DNA of 59,097 nucleotides, counting the filler. It is 3 parts of 3 records of this genome, joined end to end, with 100 filler letters (N's around TTAATTAATTAA, not from the genome) between each part and the next. Parts side by side here need not be neighbours in the genome. Positions count along the whole stretch, not along the records: positions 27,622 to 41,928 come from DRR723986_4167; positions 42,029 to 59,097 come from DRR723986_4168; 1 more part is not named here. One strand, written 5' to 3'. The notes below the pieces were generated by a model. That model was not told the origin of the DNA and did not search any database. It saw only the letters and a program-made list of their open reading frames with translations. Below, in pieces: positions 37,029-45,968 of this stretch. The translations under genes were made by a program, and so were the position numbers. How positions within the stretch are numbered: the first letter of the stretch is position 1; each line of letters begins with the position of its first letter.

Positions 37029-39977
37029 TTATTGCGCCGCCGGGTTTCGGTAGGTCAACAACCGCGGGTCGCGGGCATTGGTGAAATCGTAAAGTTCAAC
37101 GCTGCGGCTCAACTTTGCGCCACCGTCACGCGTCAGCGGGTTAAACACAAGGTTGGCCGTGCCCGCCACACTTTGCGTGAAGAAGGCGTCAAACGGCAAA
37201 GTGACATACACCCCTTTGTCAAAACTTCCTTCGCCAAACTGTTCAGCACTTACGTTGGTGCGGGTAAAAAATGCACCCATTTTTACGCCGTTGTCGAATA
37301 CACGGCTAAGGTCCACGGTGGCGCCTTTGTCGCCAGCCAGGTACTGGCCCACACTGGTTTTCACCAAAATGTCTTCGAAGCCAGTGTCCCAATACAGGGT
37401 GGCATGGCCTGTGTTCACCTGGTAATCGCGCAGGCCAAAGTCTTGCTCAAAGTCACGCTGCTTCACGCTGTTAATGTCCAAGCCCAAAGCCACCGTGCTG
37501 TTCATGGGGCGGTACAACACCTCACCACCCACACCAGCAAACATGTCTTCCAGCAAGCCGCCATACGCGGTGTAAAATACATCACTGCCCAGTTTGCCGT
37601 AATGGGTTAACTGCAGGTTTGGAATGGTGAAATCGGATGTAGTGGCGTATTCGCGCTGGAAGGTGCGCACCCGCGGCAGGTTGCTGGGCGCGGTGTACGT
37701 AAACTTGTCGAAGTTGTCCAACAGCGCAGCGCGCACACGGCCACTGGCCACTGTGCTCTCGGTGATTTCGTAGCTCACATTGCCCAGGGCTGAAAGCTGG
37801 TAAAGAATAAATCCATCAGGTCCACCCAAAATTTGGCGGTAACCTGCGCTTACGCTGGTGTTCCATGGGCTTTGCGGGTTCAGGTGCAAAGTTTGGTACG
37901 GGTATTTAACACGCTCACGCTGCTTGGTGGCGGGCATGTCTCTCCAGGCGTTGGGCAACAAGGTGGTGCGTTGGCGCACCCACAGGTTGCGGTCAACAAT
38001 GTGCTGGCTGATTTTCTGGCCCTTGGCTCGGTACTCGTAGTTGAACCAGGCATATTCCGCAGGCGCGTGCTTGTGCAGCACAGCGGTTGCACGGTCGATG
38101 GTGTACTGCCAGTAACCTGCGTCGGCTTCATCAATAATCAGCTTCAGCTCGCCTTCGTCGCCCTGCACTTGGGTGGCCACCCAGCCGGTTTGCTGCTTCA
38201 ATTCCTCAAGCACTGCGGGCCAACTCACGGGGCCGGTGGGCGCCGCTTCATTCACTTTGGGGCTGGGCGGGTCGCTTAGCTTGGGTGTACCAAAGGTGTT
38301 CAGCTTTTCATGAAAGCTCAGGGCCACCATTACCTCGGTGCCGCGCTCGTAACCCAGGGTAAAGTCCATGTAGTCGTTTACGCGGTGCAGCAAGCCCACG
38401 TTCACATTGGTTTTCTGTTCCTGGTTGTCGCCAAAGGGCTCGCTTTGGTAGTCATTGCCTTCTACTTCAAGCTTCAACACCCAGTCTTCCCAAGGCAATT
38501 GAACCTGGGCACCACCAAACAAGGCGGCGGGGCCTTTAAAAAAGGTATTGGTGTCTACTGTACCGCCCAAGCCAACTGTTGAACCGGGGCGATTTTCAAA
38601 AGAATCACCCAGAACCTTGAAAGGGTTACTAATTCCACCCCCCGCCCCCAGGCTGCCCCAGCCAATGCCCAAGCTAAAATCGACCGCGCCCACGCGCTTG
38701 CTACCCACCACATATTCACCGCTGAACAAGCCCGTACCAGCCACGTCGCGAAACCCGACTGACAATTCTGGCAGGTGTGCACTTTCTTGCATCAAGCGAA
38801 ATTTCACGTCAAAGTTTTTGTCTTTAAAACTTTGATCAGGGTTGGTGGTTGAAACACCAAAGCGCCGGTTGGTCAAATTGTTGTAGCGAAAGCCCGCCTC
38901 CATCCAATCGAAAGGCTGCAACATAAAACTGTAGCGGCTGTAAGGGCTGGTGCGGCTGAAGGTGGCGCTGTAGCTGCCCGCCGGGCGCATGCGTGCGGTG
39001 GGGGTTTGCAACAGGCCTACTACCCCCCAATCGCTGCTGCTGAGGTACCAAGGCTCGCTGGTTTCAAGCGGTTTGGGTTCAACTGGCTCAAATTCAGGCA
39101 GCAAGGATTTCTGTGTCAAGGCGGTATCAGCTCGGCTTTCCACCACCGGGCTCGGTGCATTCTCGGCGGAGATATCGACTGCCGCCGATGTTTGTACAAG
39201 CTGCACAAACTCACCCTGCGTGGCCAAAAAACCGGCAATGGCGTCATGCTGTTTCTGCTCGCCTTCTACGCTGCGGCTGGGCGCCCAAAGCCAACTGCCG
39301 GGCGCTGGGCCACCCTGGGGTTGTTGGTTCCAACCGTTCACGGCCAACTTTTCCACAGTGCCATTGGGGTGCGCAGCCCAGGCCCAATCCACGGGGGTGT
39401 CTACACCCAGCCAGCTCTTCCAGGCGCTTTGCTTGCCAATACAGGCTTCAATATAGGCCTTGGCAGGTGCGGTGGCCTGGTGCGGAACCACACAGGTGCC
39501 AAGGTCGCTCAGCACGGTCACCGTGTTCGTGGCCAGGGGCAGCACCACGGTGTAGGTGCTTTTCAGCACGGGGTCAAATTCGGGGCGTGCCTCCAGGTAA
39601 TTGGCGTCCGTGCTTTCAAGCTTCAAGCGGCCATTCACCGGCATGGCGCCCACACGTTGCAACACCTGCTGCAATGCCGGGTTGTTGCGGTTGGCCAAAC
39701 GCAGGGCCTGAATGGCTCTGTCGCGGGCCATTTGTTGCTCAATGGCATCAGCGCTTGCAGGGGCAAGCACCAAGAGGCTGCTTAGCCGGTATTCGGGGGG
39801 CAATACACCGGGTAACCAGCCTTGGCGAACCAACAGGGCCGACAAGCGCTCTGTGCCTTGCGGTGCAGCTTGCAGGGATGTTGTCGCTGTTCCTGCTGCA
39901 TGCGCAGCGGGTGCCAACGGTAAGTTGAGTAAAGTGGCCCAAATGGCCAACACCAGGGGTTTGCGTTTCAATTTCAT
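37029..39977 (-). CDS. yjbH: Fused GfcC(YjbG)-GfcD(YjbH) group-4 capsule outer-membrane protein
   Basis: N-terminal GfcC-like part (GRLKL...DPVL...WAAHPNG...WN...PAPGSWLW). YjbH motifs follow: GLLQTPTARM, LQPFDWMEAGFRY, GTGLFSGEY, LPRVRT and FGEGSFDKG. Confidence 0.88.
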   Translation of the reverse strand: MKLKRKPLVLAIWATLLNLPLAPAAHAAGTATTSLQAAPQGTERLSALLVRQGWLPGVLPPEYRLSSLLVLAPASADAIEQQMARDRAIQALRLANRNNPALQQVLQRVGAMPVNGRLKLESTDANYLEARPEFDPVLKSTYTVVLPLATNTVTVLSDLGTCVVPHQATAPAKAYIEACIGKQSAWKSWLGVDTPVDWAWAAHPNGTVEKLAVNGWNQQPQGGPAPGSWLWAPSRSVEGEQKQHDAIAGFLATQGEFVQLVQTSAAVDISAENAPSPVVESRADTALTQKSLLPEFEPVEPKPLETSEPWYLSSSDWGVVGLLQTPTARMRPAGSYSATFSRTSPYSRYSFMLQPFDWMEAGFRYNNLTNRRFGVSTTNPDQSFKDKNFDVKFRLMQESAHLPELSVGFRDVAGTGLFSGEYVVGSKRVGAVDFSLGIGWGSLGAGGGISNPFKVLGDSFENRPGSTVGLGGTVDTNTFFKGPAALFGGAQVQLPWEDWVLKLEVEGNDYQSEPFGDNQEQKTNVNVGLLHRVNDYMDFTLGYERGTEVMVALSFHEKLNTFGTPKLSDPPSPKVNEAAPTGPVSWPAVLEELKQQTGWVATQVQGDEGELKLIIDEADAGYWQYTIDRATAVLHKHAPAEYAWFNYEYRAKGQKISQHIVDRNLWVRQRTTLLPNAWRDMPATKQRERVKYPYQTLHLNPQSPWNTSVSAGYRQILGGPDGFILYQLSALGNVSYEITESTVASGRVRAALLDNFDKFTYTAPSNLPRVRTFQREYATTSDFTIPNLQLTHYGKLGSDVFYTAYGGLLEDMFAGVGGEVLYRPMNSTVALGLDINSVKQRDFEQDFGLRDYQVNTGHATLYWDTGFEDILVKTSVGQYLAGDKGATVDLSRVFDNGVKMGAFFTRTNVSAEQFGEGSFDKGVYVTLPFDAFFTQSVAGTANLVFNPLTRDGGAKLSRSVELYDFTNARDPRLLTYRNPAAQ

Positions 39978-40666
39978 TGGCGGTGCCATTCCAGGCAATA
40001 CGTGGGGGCAAGGCATTGCTTGCCATACACAGCAAGCGGCAGTTGGCTTGCATTGGTGCCTTCGAACAAGGGCTGCGCAAAACCGTAAATGGCGGGCGGC
40101 AGGTTTTCAAGTGCGGCAGGCAAGGGGCCAGCCACTGTTTCGGTGTACCAATACAAACCCTTCCCACCATTGGCCTGCTCACTGGCACGTTTAGCCAAAT
40201 TGCTTTTGGGTGGCTGGGTGGCTTGCAATTGCAGCGTGGCTTGAACATTGAACAAACCCAGCTCGGGCACATCAAACCTGGCATTGGTTTGCTGCGCCTG
40301 TGCGCCTTGCGTGTATTGCACATTGGCCAAGTTCACATTCAAACCAGTTGTATCCAGTAGCCGGTTGCCTTGCAAGCGCACCACTTCACCCTTCGCGGCG
40401 TACCACACCTGCACATTGTTGGGGTACACATAGCCCAGCACAGTTAGCGATGCCGCGCCGGGCACTTCGACCTGCATGTATTGGTAAGCGGGGTTGCGGG
40501 GTACCGCCTCAAAGTTTCGGTTGGGGCCTTGGTATGCGGCTTGCAGGCTATTCAGCGCGGCTTGGTTCAGGCCAGTGCAGGCAGGCAATACCAACACAGC
40601 CATGGCGCACAAAAACGACTGTGCGCACAACCGTTTGCCGGGCCCATACTTAAGCCAATTCCGCAT
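39974..40666 (-). CDS. yjbF: YjbF/GfcB family lipoprotein
   Basis: Lipobox LPAC, VLGY..VW...VRLQGNRL.DTTGL and QCL motifs. ATGA overlap with yjbH; the start may be 40603. Confidence 0.78.
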   Translation of the reverse strand: MRNWLKYGPGKRLCAQSFLCAMAVLVLPACTGLNQAALNSLQAAYQGPNRNFEAVPRNPAYQYMQVEVPGAASLTVLGYVYPNNVQVWYAAKGEVVRLQGNRLLDTTGLNVNLANVQYTQGAQAQQTNARFDVPELGLFNVQATLQLQATQPPKSNLAKRASEQANGGKGLYWYTETVAGPLPAALENLPPAIYGFAQPLFEGTNASQLPLAVYGKQCLAPTYCLEWHRQ

Positions 40667-40737
40667 GTGGGTTTAATCCAGAAAAATAAAACTTTTAAAG
40701 CGTGTAAATTTGCACAGCTTGTGCATAGCGTATCAAT

Positions 40738-40765
40738 AAAAAAGCCCCTTACAAGAAGGGGCTTT
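40738..40765 (-). terminator. Intrinsic terminator after the gfcA-like gene
   Basis: AAAGCCCCTT-ACAAG-AAGGGGCTTT with a U-run on the minus strand. Confidence 0.75.
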
Positions 40766-40783
40766 CGATACAGACTACTTCAA

Positions 40784-41083
40784 TTAGGGAGTAACAGTAC
40801 CTGTTGTGCCTGTGGTGTTGTTGTCGTCGTTAGAAACGGCGATTACTGTACCCAAAGCAGCAGCCACGCCAACGGCACCAGCCACGCCCAAACCACCAGC
40901 GGCTGCGCCAGCACCTGCTGCGCCTGCGCCTGCGCTAGCACCAGCTCCGGCACCCGCGCCACCACCTGCACCAGCGCCAGCGCCGCCAGCTTGACCACCA
41001 GAAGCAGCTTCACCGGTTGCAGACTGGGCAATAGCTACGCCCGACAAACTCACCATGGCCAACATTGCCAAGAATTTTTTCAT
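40784..41083 (-). CDS. Small secreted Gly/Ala/Thr-rich protein, YjbE/GfcA-like
   Basis: Signal peptide, GA-rich linker, hydrophobic AVGVAAALGTVIAV and a Thr-rich tail; first position of the yjbEFGH-like order. Confidence 0.72.
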   Translation of the reverse strand: MKKFLAMLAMVSLSGVAIAQSATGEAASGGQAGGAGAGAGGGAGAGAGASAGAGAAGAGAAAGGLGVAGAVGVAAALGTVIAVSNDDNNTTGTTGTVTP

Positions 41084-41220
41084 GATAAATACCCCCAAAG
41101 AATTTAACTTCACTTAACTGTATAACAAAAAACCCTGATTGCGCCACCTTTTTTCCATGACATTTTTTAACAATGCCAATTGAAATCAAGGGTTTTACGC
41201 AATAAACACACTGCGATGCA

Positions 41221-41679
41221 CTACAAAATTGCCTTCAGCTTGGGCAGCCACAGGTCAATGTCTTGTTCCAGCACTTTCAAGCAAGTGTCAAAATCGCTTG
41301 GGCCTTTGCCAATGGGGTCGTCCACTTCGGTTTGCCCATTCCAATGCCCCATCAACCACACCTTGCCCGAATAGGCCGGGAAGTTTTGCATAATCCACTG
41401 CTTGTGCCGGTTTTCCATCACCAGCATTAGCTGGGCGGCATTGGCCTGTGGCATCAACAACTGCTCGGCGCGTTTTTCATCGCCAATTGAGTAGCCCGCG
41501 CGCTCCAAAGCGCCTAAGGCCTGCTTGTCAGGCCGCTTGCCAGTCAAGGCCTGCACACCGCAACTGTTCACATTGATTTTTAAACCAGCCGCATCGGCCT
41601 TGGCTTGCAATATGGATTGGCCCATGGGGCTGCGGCAAATGTTGGCAGTGCAAATGACGGTTACCAGTGGTGTTGCCAT
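41221..41679 (-). CDS. wzb: Low molecular weight protein-tyrosine phosphatase
   Basis: CTANICRS P-loop and DP motif; adjacent to wzc. Confidence 0.9.
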   Translation of the reverse strand: MATPLVTVICTANICRSPMGQSILQAKADAAGLKINVNSCGVQALTGKRPDKQALGALERAGYSIGDEKRAEQLLMPQANAAQLMLVMENRHKQWIMQNFPAYSGKVWLMGHWNGQTEVDDPIGKGPSDFDTCLKVLEQDIDLWLPKLKAIL

Positions 41680-41681
41680 TG

Positions 41682-41927
41682 TTATGCCTTCTTGCCTTGC
41701 ACTGGGTCGCCATAAGTGCCGTAGGCATTTTTGTACCCATAGCCGTAGCCATAACCGTAATAATAGCCCGACCTGTTTGCAATAAAGCCGTTGAAAATAA
41801 GACCATTCACACGCACACCAGCCTGAGCCAGGCGCTTTTGCGAATCACTTACCTGGCGAACATTGCTTGCACCGTAGCGCGCCACAATGAATGTGGCAGA
41901 GCAGTGTTGGCCCATTACCGATGCATC
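41682..41927 (-). CDS. wzc: Polysaccharide biosynthesis tyrosine autokinase, C-terminal fragment
   Basis: DASV...VARYG...RL...GV.VNGLIFN followed by the Tyr cluster GYYYGYGYGYGY. Truncated by the contig end. Confidence 0.88.
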   Translation of the reverse strand, partial: DASVMGQHCSATFIVARYGASNVRQVSDSQKRLAQAGVRVNGLIFNGFIANRSGYYYGYGYGYGYKNAYGTYGDPVQGKKA

Positions 41928-41928
41928 G

Positions 41929-42028
41929 NNNNNNNNNNNNNNNNNNNNNNNNNNNNNNNNNNNNNNNNNNNNTTAATTAATTAANNNNNNNNNNNNNNNN
42001 NNNNNNNNNNNNNNNNNNNNNNNNNNNN
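41929..42028. other. Artificial contig linker
   Basis: N44-TTAATTAATTAA-N44. Confidence 0.99.
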
Positions 42029-42059
42029 AACAGCTGTTAGCCTGTGGCTAACAGCTGTT
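42029..42059. repeat. Perfect 14-bp inverted repeat at the contig start
   Basis: AACAGCTGTTAGCC-TGT-GGCTAACAGCTGTT. Confidence 0.85.
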
Positions 42060-42105
42060 GATTTTTCAGCCCCAAAGACCCAAGCCCTCAAACCCAAAAA
42101 CTACC

Positions 42106-42138
42106 AAAAAGAAACGCCGGAGATTACAAGCTCCGGCG
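42106..42138 (-). terminator. Probable intrinsic terminator
   Basis: CGCCGGAG-N8-CTCCGGCG with AAAAAGAAA on its left (U-tract on the minus strand), downstream of the VWA gene. Confidence 0.65.
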
Positions 42139-42248
42139 CTACATTCATTAACTCTACATCTTCCGGCTGCAAGCAAACAGCACAGAACCGATGCCCCAAT
42201 TCCCTGCTCCAGCCACCACCGAATCATTCTCGATTCATGGCGCGATCA

Positions 42249-45200
42249 TCATGGCATGATCATCAGCGTCTGTGTGCCGCTGAATGGACCAGCCTGCATC
42301 CGCAGAACGTAAGATCCGGCGCCCAGGCTGCTGACGTCGATACTGCGCGAATAAATGCCCGCATCCAGCACCTCGTTGGTCAGAACTTCCACGCGCTCAC
42401 CAAGTGAGTTGTAAAGTTCGATGCGCGTATGTGCGCCAAAACCAAGCGAGAAGTCCAGATCAAAACTCGTGGCCGCAGGACTGGGGCGCGGCGCCTGTAA
42501 ACTGAAAGTGTTGCCCGTAAGCAGTAAACCGCGTGAAACCGTCAGACACAACTGCGAAAAGGAAATGCGGCCGCTGCTGAAACTGGGCACTATGCATGTG
42601 CTCGGAATCGAAGAATTGGCTTCGTCATAGCTAAGCTCGCGCTGCAGCACTTCCGAATCCGGCAGGAAAACGTCAAATGGAATCGTCACAATCAGTGGCT
42701 CGCTCAGCGGCGTGGCCCCCATACCTTCGATTGGAATGCGGCCCGGCGTGGCGCCAGCAAAGTCAATCGTCCAGCCCGCAAGGCTAACAGCACGCTCAAC
42801 TTCGTCCAGCTTTGGTACAATGATGCGCGGATTGTACTGTATCACAAGTGTGAATTCGCGTACGTCTCCGGCCACAAGATCATCACTGAGCGCCAGAACG
42901 TCCAGCTCAAAGACTTCGCCCGGCAGCATGCCTACCGCATTGCGTGCCTCAAGAGCAAACTCCAGATCGGCAGCTGGAATCACACGTACTTCCATCTCGT
43001 CAAAATTAACGCAGCCGCTCGCATCCGTAATTGTCGCGCGGTACGTGGTTGTGCGCTCCGGCGTCGCAATAACTTCAAACTCGTCGGTCACATTCAGGCC
43101 GTCGGCTGGTGTCCATTCTATCTGCGCGTCGCTCAGGGAGCCCTGGATCTGCGCGTTCAACGTTACCGGCGAACGCAAACAGGTCGAAACGTCGGGACCT
43201 ACATCCACAAGCGGCAGAGGATCCACCGTGACCGTCACGCTGCCTTCACTGATGCAGCCGTCCGGCGATTCGTGTGAGACCGTGTAAACAGTCGTTGAAG
43301 TCGGCGTTGCCAACGGTCGTGCAATCCGATCATCATCGAGCCCCGTCGCCGGCGACCAGACATATTCGCCAGGCCCGGCATCGGCAAACAGTTGCAGTGA
43401 CTCGCCTGCGCAAATCGACTCGTCGGCACTCATCTCGATTGTCGCTACCGCTCCAACCGCCACTTCTACCTGATCCTGGACTTCACAGCCGCCTGGACCC
43501 GTTACCGTAAGCGTGTAGACCGTTGTTTCCGCCGGCGAGGCCGTCGGCGTCAAAATGGTCGGATCGTCAAGTCCCGTCGCCGGTGTCCATAAGTATTCAC
43601 CCGGTGAGCTCGCCGCATTGATGCGTACTTCCCCATCCGGACAGATCGCCAGGTCGGGGCCGATGTCCAGCGTCGGTTGCGGACTGACTGTCACAAATAT
43701 TTCGGCGTTAATTTCGCAGTCGTTGCTGCTAAAGGCACGCACCATGTACATTCCGGTTTCTTCCGGAGAGAGCACGGGATTTTCGAGTTGATAGTTGTTG
43801 AATTGATCACGCGGCGACCACTCAATGCGCTCAGCGCCCTGAATCCGCGCGTTAAGTGTCAGGCTGTTGCCCTCACAGACCACAACTTCATCGTCCAGGT
43901 TGATTGCCAGGTCAGTGCCATGCACGCGGATAAAAACTGAATCTACATCGCTGCACGGCCCAGAAACCAGATGGCATTTGTACCAGGTGTCCTCAGTCGG
44001 CGAAGCAACTGGAAACGGCGAATTTGGATTGTTCAAGCCCTCAACCGGGCTCCAGCGCAGGTTGCCACCCGTATTTTCAATTTCGAGCGTGACGGATTCG
44101 CCAACGCAGATATCGATGCGTTCTTCAAGAATGTTAACGTCAATCTGGCCAATGTCCACCTTCATCCGGTCTTGCGTGGTGCAGCCGCGCGGATCGGTCA
44201 GAGTCACGGTATATTCAAATGCCGTCTGGCCTGGCGCGGCCGTAAAGATTGGATTGGCAATATCGGGATCACTCAGGTTGGTCGTCGGTTCCCAGCGGAA
44301 CGTCCCTTCAGAACCGTTGGCCTCAAGCTGCAATTCCGCACCAACACACACAACTCTATCTTCTCCGGCGTCAACAACCGGCGGACGGCCTTCATCTTTG
44401 GCCAAATATTGTCCGTTGCGCGTCATCTGGTATGGCTCGTAACGCACCGACCAGTTGCGCTCCAGCTTGTAGTCACACGTAAATGGTGCCTGCCAGGTGA
44501 TGCGGCACTCAACCGTGCGCTGCTCACGAATGCGAATCAAGTCAAACAGCGCATCAATTGCTTCCAGCGAAGCCACGCTTTCAAAAACAAGTCCACCACT
44601 ATCGCGGCAGACTTTAGCAAGATTTTTATCTACGGGATTGTCAATCGTAATCGAATAAACTTTGATGCCTTCGGAGATAATCGGATCGAGAACTTCGGCC
44701 GGGTCAATGTCACCAGAGATGCCGTCGATCGTGGCGCGCGGTCCACCGTCGGTAATAAAGACAATGAACTTGTTCCCGTTGCGGCTACCGGAACAGCCTC
44801 GCAGCAGGGCAACCAATGCGCCGTTGTCCTCATCGAGAATCGCCTGCTGGAACAGCGTACCGACTTCCTGGGAAATACCGATAGCACGAATGTCACTGCG
44901 CAGAATCGCGCGGCGGTTATCCGGCATCTGCAGGATCTTAATCTCATTGCTGAAGCGCAAGGCGCCAATATTCCAGCGTGCATTGTCATCCAGCCTGTCG
45001 ATAAACTTGAGCGCAGCGTCCCGCACAAAGTCAATAATGCTACCGAGATCGCTGTTGCGCATATCTCCACCCATCGAGGCGCTGTTGTCCAGGGCAAGCA
45101 TTCCGCAGATTGGCTGGATATCCAAATCCACCAGACAGTCAATCTCAATCTGAGTGGGATCAACTACCTGACCGTTATCTACGATCACAAAGTCTCCCGG

Positions 45201-45371
45201 CTGGGCGTCAGCCACCACAGTACCGTCAGGTGTCACCACCTGAAAAGTTGCGCTGATTTCGGGATAGTTACTGGCGTCAATTTGATCAAGTGCGAATGAT
45301 TGAGCGAGGGCACTCGTGGCACAAGCAGACACAATCATCACGCTAAGAAGCAGCCTGGGCAAGGCTTTCAT
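42249..45371 (-). CDS. Secreted VWA-domain protein with Ig/PKD-like repeats and a T9SS C-terminal sorting domain (paralogue 1)
   Basis: Signal peptide, MIDAS DNSAS and ITDG, about six W.P..GL.DP...P.A.P..TT.Y repeats, and CTD P.P...LYNSLGERV...L.AGSYVLRM. GGAG RBS before 45371. Confidence 0.87.
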   Translation of the reverse strand: MKALPRLLLSVMIVSACATSALAQSFALDQIDASNYPEISATFQVVTPDGTVVADAQPGDFVIVDNGQVVDPTQIEIDCLVDLDIQPICGMLALDNSASMGGDMRNSDLGSIIDFVRDAALKFIDRLDDNARWNIGALRFSNEIKILQMPDNRRAILRSDIRAIGISQEVGTLFQQAILDEDNGALVALLRGCSGSRNGNKFIVFITDGGPRATIDGISGDIDPAEVLDPIISEGIKVYSITIDNPVDKNLAKVCRDSGGLVFESVASLEAIDALFDLIRIREQRTVECRITWQAPFTCDYKLERNWSVRYEPYQMTRNGQYLAKDEGRPPVVDAGEDRVVCVGAELQLEANGSEGTFRWEPTTNLSDPDIANPIFTAAPGQTAFEYTVTLTDPRGCTTQDRMKVDIGQIDVNILEERIDICVGESVTLEIENTGGNLRWSPVEGLNNPNSPFPVASPTEDTWYKCHLVSGPCSDVDSVFIRVHGTDLAINLDDEVVVCEGNSLTLNARIQGAERIEWSPRDQFNNYQLENPVLSPEETGMYMVRAFSSNDCEINAEIFVTVSPQPTLDIGPDLAICPDGEVRINAASSPGEYLWTPATGLDDPTILTPTASPAETTVYTLTVTGPGGCEVQDQVEVAVGAVATIEMSADESICAGESLQLFADAGPGEYVWSPATGLDDDRIARPLATPTSTTVYTVSHESPDGCISEGSVTVTVDPLPLVDVGPDVSTCLRSPVTLNAQIQGSLSDAQIEWTPADGLNVTDEFEVIATPERTTTYRATITDASGCVNFDEMEVRVIPAADLEFALEARNAVGMLPGEVFELDVLALSDDLVAGDVREFTLVIQYNPRIIVPKLDEVERAVSLAGWTIDFAGATPGRIPIEGMGATPLSEPLIVTIPFDVFLPDSEVLQRELSYDEANSSIPSTCIVPSFSSGRISFSQLCLTVSRGLLLTGNTFSLQAPRPSPAATSFDLDFSLGFGAHTRIELYNSLGERVEVLTNEVLDAGIYSRSIDVSSLGAGSYVLRMQAGPFSGTQTLMIMP

Positions 45372-45968
45372 AGACTCTCCATTTCGACTTATAGACTCGT
45401 ATACCCAAGGTGACACGACAATACTGCGCATGTCACGCCATACAGGTGGCGCAGGCAACGGGACCGGCCGGGTTCCCGGTCGCACTTTTGCTCACATTCT
45501 TCCAAAAACGACTGTTTTCAAGCACAAATTCACGGAAAGCAACTAGATTTTTTTTGTAACTACTTAACTCTACCGCTTGTTATACGTGCCGAACATGAGC
45601 GCTTGCGCTTTGCGCGCTTGTAATACCATACCAATTTTGTTAGTCACGGCTGCACAACTTGCAAGCCGCGATCCTGTGATGGAGCTGTTCAACGCAGAGT
45701 AAAATGTCTTCGTCTTCCAGCCTTCAGCAAGGCATTACAATAGATAGACACAAGATGCACCCAAATCGGTGCATCCGGCAATGCTCATATTCCTGAAGTT
45801 AATCATAAATGCACCAAATTGACAGACTTTGAGTGTCAATTGTCAAACGCGCCAATAAAAAAGCGTAATCCACCAGACAGCCGCAGCACCTGCCGGCCAA
45901 CGCAAAAATCAATTTGTTTAACAGTTTAGCTATACCGTAGCAGAGTCACGCTTGCCAATATTCCATCT

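Noticed and set aside
40900-40995. GCACCAGC-type repeats
   Set aside because: Explained by the Gly/Ala coding of the GfcA-like protein.
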